Part shown: piece by piece, positions 37,540 to 52,393 of the stretch
How positions within the stretch are numbered: position 1 is the first letter of the stretch
Layout of the letters: every line of letters begins with the position of its first letter
Origin: Heptranchias perlo
Lineage: Eukaryota
NCBI RefSeq assembly: GCF_035084215.1
Contig: NC_090349.1
Coordinates: 9,052,001-9,116,000, forward strand
Length of the DNA stretch: 64,000 nt
Direction: 5' to 3'
Notes under the pieces: generated by a model
Told to the model about the DNA's origin: nothing
Seen by the model: only the letters and a program-made list of their open reading frames with translations
The model's database searches: none
Made by a program: the position numbers and the translations under genes

Positions 37540-39879
37540 GAGTATTCAAAAGGGCAAAGGGGGAGAGGAATTTCTGGAGTGTGTTCTGCAAAACTTTCTT
37601 GATCAGTATGTTTCTAGACCAACTAGGATGGAGGCATTGCTGGATCTGATTCTGGGGAATGAGGTGGGTCAAGAGGAACAGTTTCAAAGGGGGAACATAT
37701 AGGGAACAGCAATCATAGTATCATAAGGTTTAGATTAGTTATGGCAAAAGTCAAGGAACAATCTAGAATAAAAATACTTAATTAGAGGAGGACCAACTTC
37801 AGTGGGTTGAGAACGGATCTGGCCTGGGAAAATTGGAATCAAAGATTGGCAAGCAAAATTGTAATTGAATAACGGGCAGCCTGTCAAAAGGCGATAGTTC
37901 AGGTGCAGTCTAGGTACATTCCCATGAGGCAGAAAGGTAGGGCTACCAAAGCCAGAGTTCCTTGGATGATGAAAAAGATAGAGAGACAGATAAAGCATAA
38001 AAAGGGGGCATATGGCAGATGTCAGGTTGATAATACAAGTGAGAACCAGGATGAATATTGAAAGTACAGAGGAGAAGTGAAAAGGAAATAAGAGGGGCAA
38101 AGAGAGAGTATAAGAATAAACTTGTGGCTAACATAAAAGGGAATCCAAAAGTCTATTCTAGGCATACAAGTAGTAAACGGGCGGTGAGAGGAGCAGTGGG
38201 GGCGATTCGGGACCAATAAGGAGATCTACGCATGGAGACAGAGGGCATGGCTGAGGTACCACATGAGTACTTTGCATCTGTCTTTACCAAGGAAGAAGAT
38301 GCTGCCAAAGTCACAGTAAAAGAGGAGGTCGTTCAGGTACTGGATGGACTAAAAATTGACAAGAGGAACTACTAGAAAGCTGGCTGTACTTAAAGTTGAT
38401 AAGTCACCCAGTCTGGATAGGATGCATCGTAGGTTGCTGAGGGGAGTAAGGGTGGAAATTGCAGAAGTGCTGGCCATATTCTTCCAATCCTTCTTGGATA
38501 TGAGGGTGGTGCCAGAGGATTGGAGAATTGCAAATGTTACAAACCTTGTTCAAAAAAGGATGTAAGGATAAAGCCGGCAACTACCAGCCAATCAGTTTAA
38601 CCTCGGTAGTGGGAAGCTTTTAGAAACAATAATCTGGGACACAATTAAAAGTCACTTGGACAAATGTGGATTAAGAAAGGAAAGCCAGCATGGATTAGTT
38701 AAAGGCAAATCGTGTTTAAGTAACTGGATTGAGTTTTTGATGAGATAACAGAGAAGGTTGATGTTGTGTATATGGACTTTGAAAAAGGCGTTAGATAAAG
38801 TGCCACATAATAGGCTTGTCAGCAAAATTGAAGCTCATGGAATAAAAGGGGCAGTGGCAGCATGGATACGAAATTAGCTAAGTGACAGGAAACAGAGAGT
38901 AATGGTGAATGTTTGTTTTTCGGACTGGAGGATGGCATACCCAGTTTCCACAATTTTAAAATTTGCAGATGACACAAAACTTGGACGGGTAGTAATCAGT
39001 GATGAGGATAGTAATAGACTTCAAGAGGACATAGACAGGCTGGTGGAATGGGCGGAAACATGGCAGATGAAACTAAATGCAGAGAAGTGCAAAGTGATAC
39101 ATTTTGGTAGGAGAAATGAGGAGAGGCAATATAAACTAAATGGTACAATTCCAAAGTGGGTGCAGGAAAAGAGAGACCTGGGATTATATGTGCACAAATC
39201 TTTGAAGGTGGCAGGACAGATTGAGAAAGTGGTTAACAAAGCATACGGGATCCTGGGCTTTATAAATAGAGGCATAGAGTACAAAAGGCAGGAAGTTGTG
39301 TTGTACATTTATAAAACACTGGTTCAGCCACAACTGGAGCATCGTGCACAATTCTGGGCATCATACTTTAGGAAAGATGTGAAGGCCTTAGAGAGGAAAA
39401 GATTTATTAGAATGGTTTCAGGAATGAGGGATTTCAGTTACGTGGATAGACTGGAAAAGCTGAGGTTGTTCTCCTTAGATTAGGGAATGTTGAGAGGAGA
39501 TTTGATAGAAGTGTTCAAAATCATGACGGGTTTAGATATAGTAAATAAAGAGAAACTATTCCCATTGGAGGAAGGGTCAAGAACGAGAGAATACAGATTT
39601 AAGTTGATTGGCAAAAGAACCAAAGGCGACATGAGGAAAAACATTTTTACACAGCGAGTAGTTATGGTCTGGAATTCGCTATCTGAAAGGGTGGTGGAGG
39701 CAGATTCAATCATAGCTTTCAAAAAGGAATTGGATAAATATTTTAAGGGAAAAAAATAGCAGGACTATGGAGAAAGCGAGGGGCAATAGAGCTAACTTGA
39801 TTGTTCTTAAAAAGAACTGGCATGGGCTCGATGGGCCTCATGGCCTCTTTCTGTGTTGTAATCATTCTATGATTCTATG
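37540..39879 (+). mobile_element. CR1 LINE ORF2 (degenerate, internally deleted), apparently nested in a SINE (about 37475-37540 and 39980-40185)
   Basis: EEFLECV, VVPEDWRIANV, KFADDTKLG and ATTCTATGATTCTATG tail. A short family B 3' end follows at 39880-39970. Confidence 0.88.
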
Positions 39880-40249
39880 GCTCACCAACACCTTCTCAAA
39901 GGCAATTAGGGATGGGCAATAAATGCTGGCCTTTATGGCGAAGCCCACATTCTATGAATAGATTTTAAAAAACGTTTCTATGAAATCCCACCATGTTTTT
40001 TGAGAATTTGAACTCAGTTTTATAAAACTGGTAATAAAAAGCTGGTACCAATAAAAGTAGCCTCAAAGCTGTCGGATCGTCGTGTAAACCAAACTGGTTC
40101 ATTAATGTGCTGTAGCGAAGGACACCCACCATCCTGACACAATCTTGCCTATATATGATTCCAGACTGACTCTAGAATGGTTTAAAATATTCCAAATAAT
40201 TTTATTGACAACAAAACAAGACAGTTTTCCAGATTGGGTGAATTGCTCG

Positions 40250-43200
40250 ACGGAATGGCTTGCTCAATAGAGTGACAACGGGAGATTGATGAGAATGGGA
40301 ATTCACTGATAAATGCAACCGCTGATATGAGTCCGGTATGTTGTGTTGCCTCCCTGGTCCCAGGGCAAAGGACATCACTGAGAGAGTGCAGAACATTTTG
40401 AGGGGGGGGGGGGGACGGGGAACAGCCAGAAGTCGTGGTCCATTTGGGAACCAATGAATTAGGAAGGTAAAGTCTCCTTCAGTCAGAGTTTCAGGAGCTA
40501 GCGAGGAAGTTAAAAAGCAGGATGTCAAATGTAGCAGCATCTGGGTTCCTCCCACTGCCCTGCGCTAGTGAGCATAGGAATAGTAGGATCTGACAGGTTA
40601 ATGCATGGCTGGAGAAATGGTGCAGGAGGGAAGGCTTCAGATTCCTGGGGTGTTGGGGCCAGTTCTGGGGCAGGAGGGACCTGTTCAAGATGGATGGGTT
40701 GCACCTCAACAAAGCTGGGACGAATCTCCTGGTGGGGAGGTTAACTAGTGCTTGGGGGAGGGTTTAAACTAATGTGGCAAGGGGATGGGCACCAGGATGA
40801 AACATTAGCGAGGAGAAACAAGGTGCACAGAAGACTGGGAGGTAACACAACAGTAAAAAATAGTTCCGAAATAGGAGGGATCAAGCAAGGGACAAATGCA
40901 AGGCAATAACATCGACCTGGGTCAAAGAAGGGGAGGAATTAGTACTTAATATACCTGGATACCTTGTAGCCTTGAAAGCTAGGGAAGCGAAGAAAGGAGT
41001 GGGGTGGGGGATGGGGTTGGAAGTACTGATAAAAGAATCTATCATAGCACTGGAAAGGGATGATGGAGCTGAAGAGTCAAAGACAGAATCTATTTGGTTA
41101 GAATTAAGGAACAATAGAAGAGCTATTATGTTAATGGGTATACACGATAGGCCACCAAATAGTGGGAAAGAGATAGAGGAGAAAATTTGCAGCAAATTAC
41201 AAATAGAGTAACGATAATGGGGGACTTCAATTATCCCAATATAGAATGGAACACTAACAGTGAAAAGGGTAAAGAGAGGGAGGAATTCCTGAAATATGTT
41301 CAAGAGAACTTACTGGAGCAGTGTGTTTCTCGCCCTACCAGGAAGGAAACAGTGCTGGATCTTGCTCTGGGGAATGAAGTGGGGCAGATGCAGCATGTTT
41401 CAATGTGGGAACATTTGGGGAACAGTGATCATAATATCATTCGGTTTAGAATAATTATGGACAAGGACAAGAGCAATCAAATGCGAAAATGCTTAACTGG
41501 AGGAGGGCAGATTTCAGTGAATTGAAAAGGGATCTAGCCCACTTGAATTGGAATCAAATATCGACTGTCAAAACGGTAATTGAACAATGGGAAGGACATC
41601 CAAAGCTAGAGCTCCGTGGATGACTAAAGATATAGAGATTAAAATGACACCAAAAAAGGAGGTTTATGATAAATGTAAGGTTCATAATACAGTAGAGAAC
41701 CAGGCTGAATACAAAAAGTACAGAGGAAATCCATCATACCGAACAAAGGGGACAAAGAGAAAGTATGAGAATAGATTAGTGGCCAACATAAAAGGGAACC
41801 CAAAAGTCTTTTATAAACATATAAATAGTGAAAAGGTAGTCAAATGAAGGGTGGGACTGATTAGGGACAAAAAAAGGAGATCTTCTTGCGGAGGCAGGGG
41901 GCATGACTGAGGCACTAAATGAATACTTTGCATCCGTCTTCACTTAGAGAAGAGAATGCTGCCACTTTAGCAATAAAGGAGGAGGTAGTAGCGGTATTGG
42001 ACAGGATAAAATAGATAAAGAGAAGGTATTTAAAAGATTGGCAGTACTCAAAGTAGAAAAGTCACACAGCCCATATGGGATGCATCCTTAGTTACTGAGG
42101 GAAGTGAGGGTGGAAATTGCAGAGGTCCTGGCCACAATTTTCCAATCCTCCTTAGATATGTGTATGGTGCCAGAGGAGAGGAGGATTTCAAATGTTGCAC
42201 CCCTGTTCAAAAGAGGGGAGAATGATAAACCCGGCAATTACAGGCCAGTCAGCCTAATGTCGTTGGTGGAAAAACATTTAGAGACATAATCCGGGACCAA
42301 ATTAATTTGCACTTGGAAAAATATGGGCTGATAAATGAAAGTCAGCATGGATTTGTTAAAGGAAAATCGTGTTTGACTAACTTGATTAAGTTATTTGAGT
42401 AATGAGGGTAGCGCGGTTGATGTTGTGTATATGGACTTTCAAAAGGCATTTGATAAAGTACCAAAAAATAGACTTGTTAGCAAAATTGAAGCCCATGGTA
42501 TTAAAGGGACAGTAGCCGCGTGGATACGAAATTGACCAGGGGACAGAAAGCAGAGAAGAGTGGTGAACAGTTGTTTTTCAGACTGGAAGTAAGTAGACAG
42601 CGGTGTTCCCCAGGGGTCAGTATTAGGACCACTGCTCTTTTTGATATCAATTGATGACCTGGACTTGGGTAGAGAGGGTATAACTTCTAAATTTGCAGAT
42701 GACACGAAACGATATGGACGATAGTAACAGACTGTAGACGGACGTAGACAGGCTGGTGAAGTAGGCAGACGTATGGCAGATGAAATTTAACACAGAGCAG
42801 TGTGAAGTGATTTATTTTGGTAGGAAGAGTGAGGAGAGGCAATATAAACATTAAATAATGCAATTTTAAGGGGGTGCAGGAACATAGAGACCTGGGGGTG
42901 CACATTCACAAATCTTTGAAGGTGGCAGGACAAGTTGAGAAGGCTGTTAGAAAAGCAAATGGAACCCTTGGCTTTATTAACAGAGGCATGGAGTACAAAG
43001 ACACGAACATTATGCTAAACCTTTATAAAACACTGGTTAGGCCTCAGCTGGAGTATCGTATTCAACTTAGGAAGGATGTCATGGTCTTAGAGAGGATGCT
43101 GAAGAGATTTACTAGAATGGTACCAAGGATGAGGAACACTTCACTTGTGGGGAGAAACTGAAGAAGCTGGGGTTGTTTTCCTTAGAGCAGAGAAGGATAA

Positions 43201-43580
43201 GAGGAGATTTGATAAATGTGTTCAAAATCTTGAACGGTTTTGATATAGTAGATAAGGAGAAACTTGTTTCCAATGGCAGAAAAATCGGTAACTGCAGGAC
43301 ACAGATTTAAGTTGATTGGCAAAAGAACAAGAGGTGACACAAGGAAACATTTCTTATGCAGTGAGTTGTAATGATCTGGAATGCTCTGCCTGAAAAGGTG
43401 GTGGAAGCAAGTTCAATAATAACTCTCAAAAGGGCATTAGATAAATATTTGAAGGGAAAAATTACACAGGTATGGGAAAAGCGCAGGGGAATTGGACTAA
43501 TTGGATAGCTCTTTCAAAGAGCTGGCACAGGCACGATGGGCCGAAAGGCATCCTCTTGTGCTGTACCTAAGTTATGATTG
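40250..43580 (+). mobile_element. Long degenerate CR1 LINE (ORF1 esterase remnant + ORF2)
   Basis: CCLPG, VVVHLGTN, DGLHLN, IMGDFNYP, SDHNII and [10 protein letters not shown]. Confidence 0.9.
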
Positions 43581-43759
43581 TACAGAAAGCGTGCCGTTAT
43601 CAAATTGAAATTTAACATGGCTTTCTAACTTAAAACAATTACAAGCCTGTGGCAGTTAACAGCTGTAAGTGGGTCCCTCACAATGTGTTCATTATTGTGG
43701 CTGGAAGTTGACCGGCTACTTGTAAGTATTGTGTTTCTGAGGATATATATATTCGACAA

Positions 43760-46700
43760 ATATCTGGAAAAGCACAGAGCTGCAGCACACAGCTGGGCAA
43801 GAGTAGGGCGAATCAGCTAAACGAGTGGCTTGCTAAATAGGGTGACAACGGGAATTTGGTGAGGATGGAAATTAGGTGCAGAGAGGAAAGGAGGTGCTAA
43901 GCAATTTAAACCGAGGGGCAACAGTAAATAAGTAAATATATAAATAAATAATCGAGACAATTAATTAGATGAAAAGGAGGCTCAGTCAGAAACGATAGTA
44001 AAATTTATAGTATAAAAATGGAAAAAAGGGATAAGAGCAGAGTTCAGGTCACAAACAGTGATATAGATACTCCAGGTGAAGGGAACACTAAAATAACTAA
44101 ACAGTTACAGCAGGAGTGACAAATAAGAAACATGTTAAGTTAAACGGTGTGAGAAAGTCAGCATCAGGGCAGAAGGACGGGTTAGGGTCTTTTGCCTAAA
44201 TAAGAGTTTTATATACTAACGCACGGAGTATAAGAAACAAATTGAGTGAATTAGAGGCTCAAATGCAGCTTACAGATTGTGACACAGTGGCCATTACTGC
44301 GACATGGCTGCAAGCTGGTTATGATTGGTAGTTAAATATTCCAGGTTATAAGGTCCTCAGAAAGAATAGGGAAACTGGAAGAGGAGGAGGGGTAGCCTTA
44401 TTGATGAAAGATACTGTTACAACATTAGTAAGAGAAGATATAGATTCGGCAAAGCAATCAGCGGAGACTATATGGTTAGAAGTGAGTTAGAATAAGAGAG
44501 GACTTAAAATTGTAATGGGAGTTATCTACAGGCCTCCTGGCAGCAGCAATGAAGTGGCCGAATGTATTAATTCAGAGACTAGTGATGCTTATAGCAAAAG
44601 CAGTGCTGTTTTAATGGCGAACTTTAATTTTCATATGGATTGGGAAGAGCAGAGTAGCTCAAGTCAGAAAGGTAGTGAATTTCTTGAATGCATTCAAGAT
44701 AGTTTTCGAGAGCCAAAAAGAGGGCTGGTCACATTAGATTTAGTAATGAGTAATGAGGCAGATGTGGTTAATAATCTAACACGAAGAGAATATTTATCTA
44801 ACAGTGATTCTAATATGCTCGGATTCAATTTTAGGTTTGAAAAGGGCAAACTTAGAAACATCGGAACATAGGAACAGGAGTAGGCCATTCAGCCCCTCGT
44901 GCCTGCTCCGCCATTTGATAAGATCATGGCTGATCTGTGATCTAGCTCCATATACCTGCCTTTGGCTCATGTCCCTTAATACCTTTCGTTGCCAAAAAGC
45001 TATCCATCTCACATTTAAATTTAGCAATTGAGCGAGTATCAATTGCCATTTGCGGAAGAGAGTTCCAAACTTGTACCAACCTTTGTGTGTAGAAATGTTT
45101 TCTAATCTCACTCCTGAAAGGTCTGGCTCTAATTTTTAGACTGTGCCCCCTACTCCCAGAATCCCCAACCAGTGGAAATAGTTTCTCTCTATCCACCCTA
45201 TCCGCTCCCCTTAATATCTTATAAACTTCGATCAGATCATCCCTTAACCTTCTAAACTCTAGAGAATACAACCCCAATTTGTGTAATCTCTCGTCGTAAC
45301 TTAATCCTTGAAATCTGGGTATCATTCTAGTAAACCTATGCTGCACACCCTGCAAGGCCAATATGTCCTTCCAAAGGTGCGGTGCTCAGAACTGCTCACA
45401 GTACTCCAGGTGCGGTCTAACCAGGGTTTTGTATAGCTGCAGCATAACGTCTGCCCCCTTGTACTCCAGTCCTCTAGATAGAAAGGCCAGCATTCCATTA
45501 GCCTTATTAATTATTTTCTGCACCTGTTCATGAAACTTCAATGATCTATGTAACTTAATGCAGTTACTAAGATTATCGAATTGGTAAGGCTAACTTTAAC
45601 GAAATAACACAGAGACTGACGACAGCAAACTGGTCAAAACTTTTATCGGGTAAAACTACAGATGAACATTGGGAACTGTTCAAAAATAAGTTAGCTTAAT
45701 ACAGGACCAGAATGTACCCGTAACGGGCAAGAGCTCTACTTACCAATTAAAACAGCCATGGTCGAGAAAAGAGGTGAGAGATAACACAAAACTAAAGGAA
45801 AGATACGACTGAAGTGCAGAGAATAGATTAGATCCAGGAACAGCAAAAGAAAAGAAAAAAAGATAATATGAGCTGCAAGAAGGAAATATGAAAACAAACA
45901 TGCAAGGGGCATCAAGATTAACAAACAAATTACAATCATATTAGAAGAAAAAGGATAGTCAAGTGTAATGTGGGACCTTTAACAACAGGTGTGGGTAATA
46001 TTGCAAATGAAAATAAGGAAATGGCAGACTTGTTGAATAATTCCTTTGTGTCAGAAGTCACAGAAGAGGAAGAGGATAATATACCTGACATTCCAAGGAA
46101 ACTTATAACGAATCAACGATTGGAACTCACTAAATTTAATGTAAGCAAGAAAACAGCATTGGAAAAAATAATGGCACTAAAAACTCACAAATCCCAGGGC
46201 CCAATGGTTTCCACCCCAAGCATTTAGGTGAGGAAATTGCAGATACTTTAGCCATAATTTTGCAAAGCTCTCTTGATTCAGGAATTGTCCCTTTAGATTG
46301 GAAAATTGCAAATGTAACTCCATCATGTAAGAGCGGTGAGAGACAGAGAGAAACCAAGAAATTATAGAACTTTTAGTCTAACACCCGTTGTCTGGAATGT
46401 ATTGGAATCTATAATAAAGGAAAGAGTGTCTGAACACTGAGAGAAATTTGAGTTGATTAGAAATAGCCAACTTGGATTTGTAAAGGGTAGTTCAAGTCGA
46501 ATGAATGTAATTGAATTTTTTGAGGAAGTAACTAAATTAGCAGACAGGGAATGTCTATGGATGTAGTTCATATGGACTTCCAGAAGGCATTCGATAAGGC
46601 TTCACATAATAGACTGTTAGCTAAAATTAAAGCTTATGGGATTGAAGGCAAAGTATTGATCTGGTTAGGAGATTGGTTAGGCGATAGAAGACAGAGAGTA

Positions 46701-47735
46701 GGGATAATGGGTATGTACTCGAATAGGAAGGAAGAGACTAGTGGTTCCCACAAGGGTATGTGCTGGGGCATCAACTATTCGCTTTATTTATTAATCATTT
46801 AGATAACACAATAGAGAGCCGTGTATCCAAGGTTGCCGATGACACAATTGATGGCATAGTATGTAGTGTAGACGGGAGCACACAATTACAAAGATATATT
46901 GACAAATTAAGTGAGTGGGCAAAACTGTGGTAGATCGATTTCAACAGAGCGAATTGTGAGGTCATCCATTTTGGACCAGAAAAGAATAGATCCAAGTATA
47001 TTTTAAATGGTGCAAAGTTAGGAACAGTGGAGGTCCAGAGAGATTTGGTGATCCATGTACACAGATCACTAAAATGCAGTAGTCAGATAAAAAAAATAAT
47101 CAAAAAGGCTAACGGATAGTTACCTAGAGGGCTAGAATATAAATGGGAGGACGTTTTGCTACAGCTACACAAAGCCCTGGTTAGACTACATCTGGAGTGC
47201 TGTATACAGTTCTGGGCATTGCACCTTAGAAAGGATATATTTGCCTTGGAAGGAGTGCAGCGCAGATTCACCAGAATGTTACTAGGGCTCCAAGGGTTAG
47301 ATTGTGAGGAAAGAATACATAAACTAGGCTTGTATTCCCGGAATATAAAAGGCTAAGGGGTGATTTGATTGAGGTTTCTAAGATTTTGACAGGAATTAAT
47401 CGGATAGAGGGAGAGAATCTTTTTCCACCAATGGGGGAGTCTAGGACAAGGGGACATAAAATCAGAACCAGGCCATACAGGAGAGAAGTTAGGAAACAAT
47501 TCTTTACACAAAGGGTGGTAGGAGTGTGGAACTCTCTCCCATTAAAGCTGTAGATGCGAACTCAATTAATAATTTTAAACCTGAGATCGATACATTTTGT
47601 TCGCCAAAGGTATTAAGGGAATTGGAGCCAAGGCGGGTGGATGGAGTTAGGATACAGATCAGCCATGATCTCAATGAATGGCAGAACAGGTTCGAGGGAC
47701 TGAATAGCCTACTCCTGTTCCTATGTTCCTATGTC
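43760..47735 (+). mobile_element. Long degenerate CR1 LINE carrying a nested CR1
   Basis: GVIYRPP, DVVHMDFQKAFDK, EGVQRRFTRM and (TTCCTATG)n tail at about 47718-47733. Confidence 0.88.
44853..45555 (-). mobile_element. 5'-truncated CR1 nested antisense in an older CR1
   Basis: ORF 44942-45361 and 3' tail GAACATAGGAACAGGAGTAGGCC. Confidence 0.9.
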
Positions 47736-50700
47736 CATATAAAGATGCCATACAACCTTATGTGGAAAGTACAGCCCAGAAGGAAGATGATCATATCCTT
47801 CTTCTGGGAGATTGAAGGGAATAATTGCTTGTCGACTGGGCAGAATAATTTGTTGCTTTCCTTTCAGTTCTCACGGTCCAGCAGATCGCTGTCTTATCTT
47901 TTAACTTAGTTATCTCCCATTGTCAGCAGAATTAGTCTACCTGTAATTTAGTTTCGGTTGTTTTGGCTGCGCATGCGTTATCCTCCAATTGCTGTTCATA
48001 CTTTTAACAAAATCATGCTCTTTTACCAAGTATTTACCTTGCTAATCTAGCGTTTCAAGTCCATTCCTTTAGCCATTTCATGGTTCCCCGGCATGCGCTG
48101 CCCTGACAGTTCAAACTGCTTAGGCCTCCTTAAGAGCAAGTACCAAACATTCCATGTCAAAAAGTCCAAAATTCTTGTGTTCCCCCACAATTGATTGTGA
48201 GACATTGAACACTCACTTAAAATCTGATCACATCCTTGAACTTCTATTGTGCCCATCGCTGACATATTAGTTAATAAGAGACATTAGGCGTTCTCGTTAC
48301 AAGTAGCTCAAGTCACCGTGACATTTACGCACATTTTTCAAATACTATTAATGAGAATCAAAAGTATTGCAACCATAACAAGCAGTATAGACATGATTCC
48401 CACCCAATGATGCTGTCCCGGATTACAAACGAACTTCCACCTTTCATACTTCCCAGGGATAGATTTTTCTTGTCGGCATTCATGGTTGTACGTGTATCAA
48501 ATGTTCTTGTGAAGTACTATTACTCTCCATTATAGATCTTAGGCTCAGAGACAAAGCAGGAATGTGGTGTTAAATCATACAACTGTCTTTAAAGCCTCAG
48601 CTCGTATGCATATGTTTAGTTGGATTATTGGGCAATTGTTCATCAAAATAAAACCGCGGGCCGGTTACCCGCTCTGTAGTACGTTGCTTCTGCAGATTTA
48701 ACTACAGAATATAAAATGGAACCTAACGTAGTTGATTCTTCAGCATAAAATGTTTTCCCTTACCATTTCTCAATCTTTGTCTCTATAAATTTCCCCCTTT
48801 TCGGCAATCTTGCGCGTTTTACCTAAGATCCACATCTTGTCTTGTTAGCATTGTATGCCTATCGCGAGACATCTGCTCTTCTAATCTAAGTTTAATTTGA
48901 TTAATATTGCACATAATGATACAAAGAAAATCATAACACAATGTACGGAAAGCTACAGCGAAAACTAAGCTCCCTCCACCCCCTCCAATACCTCCATGTA
49001 ACCAAGAAATCGTCCCCTTAGTTTAAGAGATTATTATTATAGATAATTCTGAACAAGTATTATTTCTCGCTAGCCCGCAATTATCCCAATTTCGGCGTTA
49101 ACTCAACGCTAAATTTTAGAATTCCAAATTATATTTCCCTCTCTATTTTAATTTTAATCCCTCTGATAGGTTTCAGTGTGTTGTCTGTATCCGGATTGTT
49201 TCATTAATTTGTGCTGAAGAATTTGGGACTTTTCAATATGGATTTTTCACTTGCTGAAGGAGAAGAGTTTGGTTCAAGAAAGGAAGGAACACAGAACTAT
49301 TAGACTGGACTGTTCAAGACATCATTCTCGGAAGTTTGACCAAGTTCCAAAGGTTTTCCTTCAGGCTGTTTAGCAGCCTAACTGAGACGATGTACTTCCG
49401 CGGAGATAAGGGGCGATGTTAAAGTTAAGACAGCTACCCAGAAAAGCCTTGAAAATTTGTGGGAAACTGTCATAAACATCACATGCCAGAGCATCGGCTT
49501 GTTTGAACCATGGGAATAGGAAAGAGTGAAAAGTACAAGCAGCTTGTTTTGGCCAGCGAGAATGGTATAAGAGCAATCATTTTGAAGTGAATGGAGGAGA
49601 CAGACCAGACACAGACTAGGAGAACACCAAGAGGCATGTCAACGGAAAATTAACCCCGCAGTCTCCTGAAGGAGAATAATTTGAACAATCCGAGTTCCGA
49701 GTTGTACTACAGACTAATTTGCAAGCATCTCTATCTGTTAATCTGTTGAGTTTTAATGTCAATAAAACCAACGTTAGAAAAGTTTAAAGTGTTGGTTGGT
49801 CTTACCTCTGGATTATTCTAAAGAGTAAAGATAAAGGCAAACCCTCTGCCCTCGACAGGCTGTATAAGATTAATTTCTCTATGGAGCATGTGTCAGTGCT
49901 AGTTGGCTCACGCACAACATACACTGGTATCCCAAGCCCTACACTCCTAATTTAGTTTAAAGTAATTTTCAGGATTTAATTTTTCCATGCCATTTGCAAT
50001 CTTACATTCTCCTGTAAAATCACCCCTCGGTTCCCATTATTCCAGGCTGGAAAGTACAGGCTTGAGTAACTATATAATGCCCCCAGCAGGTTAAAACCAA
50101 TCTGTAATGCTGTTAAGTTCTCAGTCCATTCACATGAATGAGTACCACTGTAACGATAATACTGTGTCAAAATCAATAATGCTTGTAATCGATACTAAAC
50201 TGGGGGGTGCTGTTGCTCCTTTTCTCAAATCTTGCCTGCAGTTCATATTTGTTTCAGAAGTACCGCTGTTCCACTTTAAGTATTATCTTTCGGTATTATC
50301 TCTGGATGTTATTAATGCCACAAAAACATTATTAAATCGTGCCAAGAGGAAATGGCCACTACAAAGAAGACGTCTCAACAATTATAATATGTTAAATCTC
50401 TTATGATTTTGCTGATATTTAACCGGAGGAAGTTGTATCGCATTCAAATATTTTCGTTCTCACAAACTGGGCATCTCAGTTTAGTATCTGCCAACTCCTC
50501 AGCCTGTAGTGCACAGAATAAAATCAAAAGATGGAATAAAAATAGGGACATTATGACTTTAAAATCGCGAATAAATTACATCGTTGTGTCCTCCTCCAAA
50601 TACCTTTATCTTCTAAACCACTTAAGCCAAAGACTACCGTCAGGAATTTCATTGGGGTTCTCCCGATTGGAGGCAGTAACTTTAGGGGAATATCAGCGGA

Positions 50701-51254
50701 AAAACCATCTCTGCAGTTTTGGGCATCTCCCGCTGAAGTTATGGTGCCCAATTAGGAGAACCCCTGAGGAAATGCCATCCCTACATTTGGTCTTGACTCT
50801 GGATGTACAATGCCACGGAAGATTGATTACACATGTAATAAAAATCTTATATCTGCATGCACTTCCGGCCTACAAGATCTTTTTTTGCTGTTGCCACAAT
50901 TTTATCACAATTTTCTGTCAATTTATTCCCATTATAAATCCTATATCCACATCTATAATGGAAACTGCCCATTTAAAGTTGTAACGTTATAATTACAGCC
51001 CGTGGCAGTGGCGGCTCCGTAGTGTCTCCGGTGTGCACCTCCCAGCCCCTTGGCCTGCACTGCAGAGAACTTCCTATGCTCCAACCAGTTCTATATTTCC
51101 GTTTCTCAAGTTGCTGGGTGTTTCGCTAATTAAGTATAGATACTAATATGAAATTAACATATTGTATCAAAATAAGGGCAGAATGCATGACTTCAAATCG
51201 AGTCTGAAAAGTGCCTCCAAGGCTTGATTCAATTATCCCTCGTCTGCTAATCAT

Positions 51255-51443
51255 GGGGATAGATCTTGACTTTGTGCGATAGAGTAAAACAGGTGATAGC
51301 GAGTGGGCAGCCCGTTTTACAACTCTTCAGATTTTTATTTCCATTGACTACCCATTTAAATAAAAATCGGGAGAGATGTAAAACGGGCTGTCGACTCGCC
51401 ATCCCTTGTTTTACACGATCGCACAACGACAAGAACCAACCCT
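51255..51443. mobile_element. Palindromic MITE about 1 kb upstream of the cluster 2 promoter
   Basis: Near-complete hairpin with arms GATCTTGACTTTGTGCGAT...GCAGCCCGTTTTACA and TGTAAAACGGGCTG...ATCGCACAACGACAAGAAC. Confidence 0.82.
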
Positions 51444-52393
51444 CCATTTCACTTGGACTAAACTTGGTTTTTACAGCCCATGCGCAACGCCATGGGAGAT
51501 CGACTATTGCTTCATATTTATTCAATATAAATTGCATCAAGTTTAAACACATAATATATCAATAACGTAATACTAGATACGAGCAATATAAGACCAAATA
51601 TCGATTTAACATATGCAGAATTTATATAATCAGACACCAAATACCACCACAAGCTCCGAGTCACGGTGACTTTAGACGACAGTGTAAAACGCGCGATATC
51701 GGCTTGGCCGCCCGTTAAACACCTCTAACGATTTCCAATCGCCAAATGAGTGTCATCATTCCAAGTTCATGGACTGTCAGCATCCTTCTGACAAAAGTTT
51801 GTAGCGCATTGCAATAGCGCAGATATAGCAGACACATCTGCCAAAGAATATATACACGCGACAGAGGGAATCGTCTCCAAAGCTACATTCTCAGAAGGAA
51901 TTGATAGTGAATTGTTTTACCCGCCTGGTGCTTTCAATCAGAGATCTCCAACACACCATCCTCAATAATGGCCCGTGAATTTTAAGATTTCAAAATATAT
52001 ACGAGTGTAAAACGATAATGGAGCAAATCCTGCACAGAAAGCCGTCTGTCCAGAGGTCCCGAAACGAATTTTTTAGATGGTCGTTTCAGGTGGAATATTT
52101 CTCTTCATTTCCCATTGCAACTAAAATGTTCATGAATATTATGATATAAACATGGAAAGTGTTTTGAGATGTACAAGCACTGTGAGACTGCGCACGAAAA
52201 TATGCAATTAAATGAAAAATGCTACGGATTGGATTAAAATGTGCAACAAAAATGTAGGAGGTAAATTATTTCTATTTCTCTTTTTGTTTATTAATAAATC
52301 AAAGTACGCAGAAACACAAAACACGAATACAATTCGTTATCTTCCTGGTAATTTGAGATTAATTCGACACCAGTAAGAATCTGACAGCTTCTG

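Larger units (their letters stand above)
33340..38020 (+). repeat. Segmental duplication, paralogous to 58850-64000
   Basis: Long colinear high-identity match (MITE, L2, CR1, unique and SINE/CR1 segments in the same order). Confidence 0.92.

Noticed and set aside
48040-48500. Possible LINE endonuclease/ORF1 relic on the minus strand (TWNV, VIRDSII)
   Set aside because: Too degenerate to assign or to bound.
49180-49950. Possible solo LTR-like sequence (also about 4600-5500)
   Set aside because: No TSD, PBS or second copy could be identified.
50403-50984. 193-aa ORF
   Set aside because: No recognisable domain or splice structure. Likely a chance ORF.
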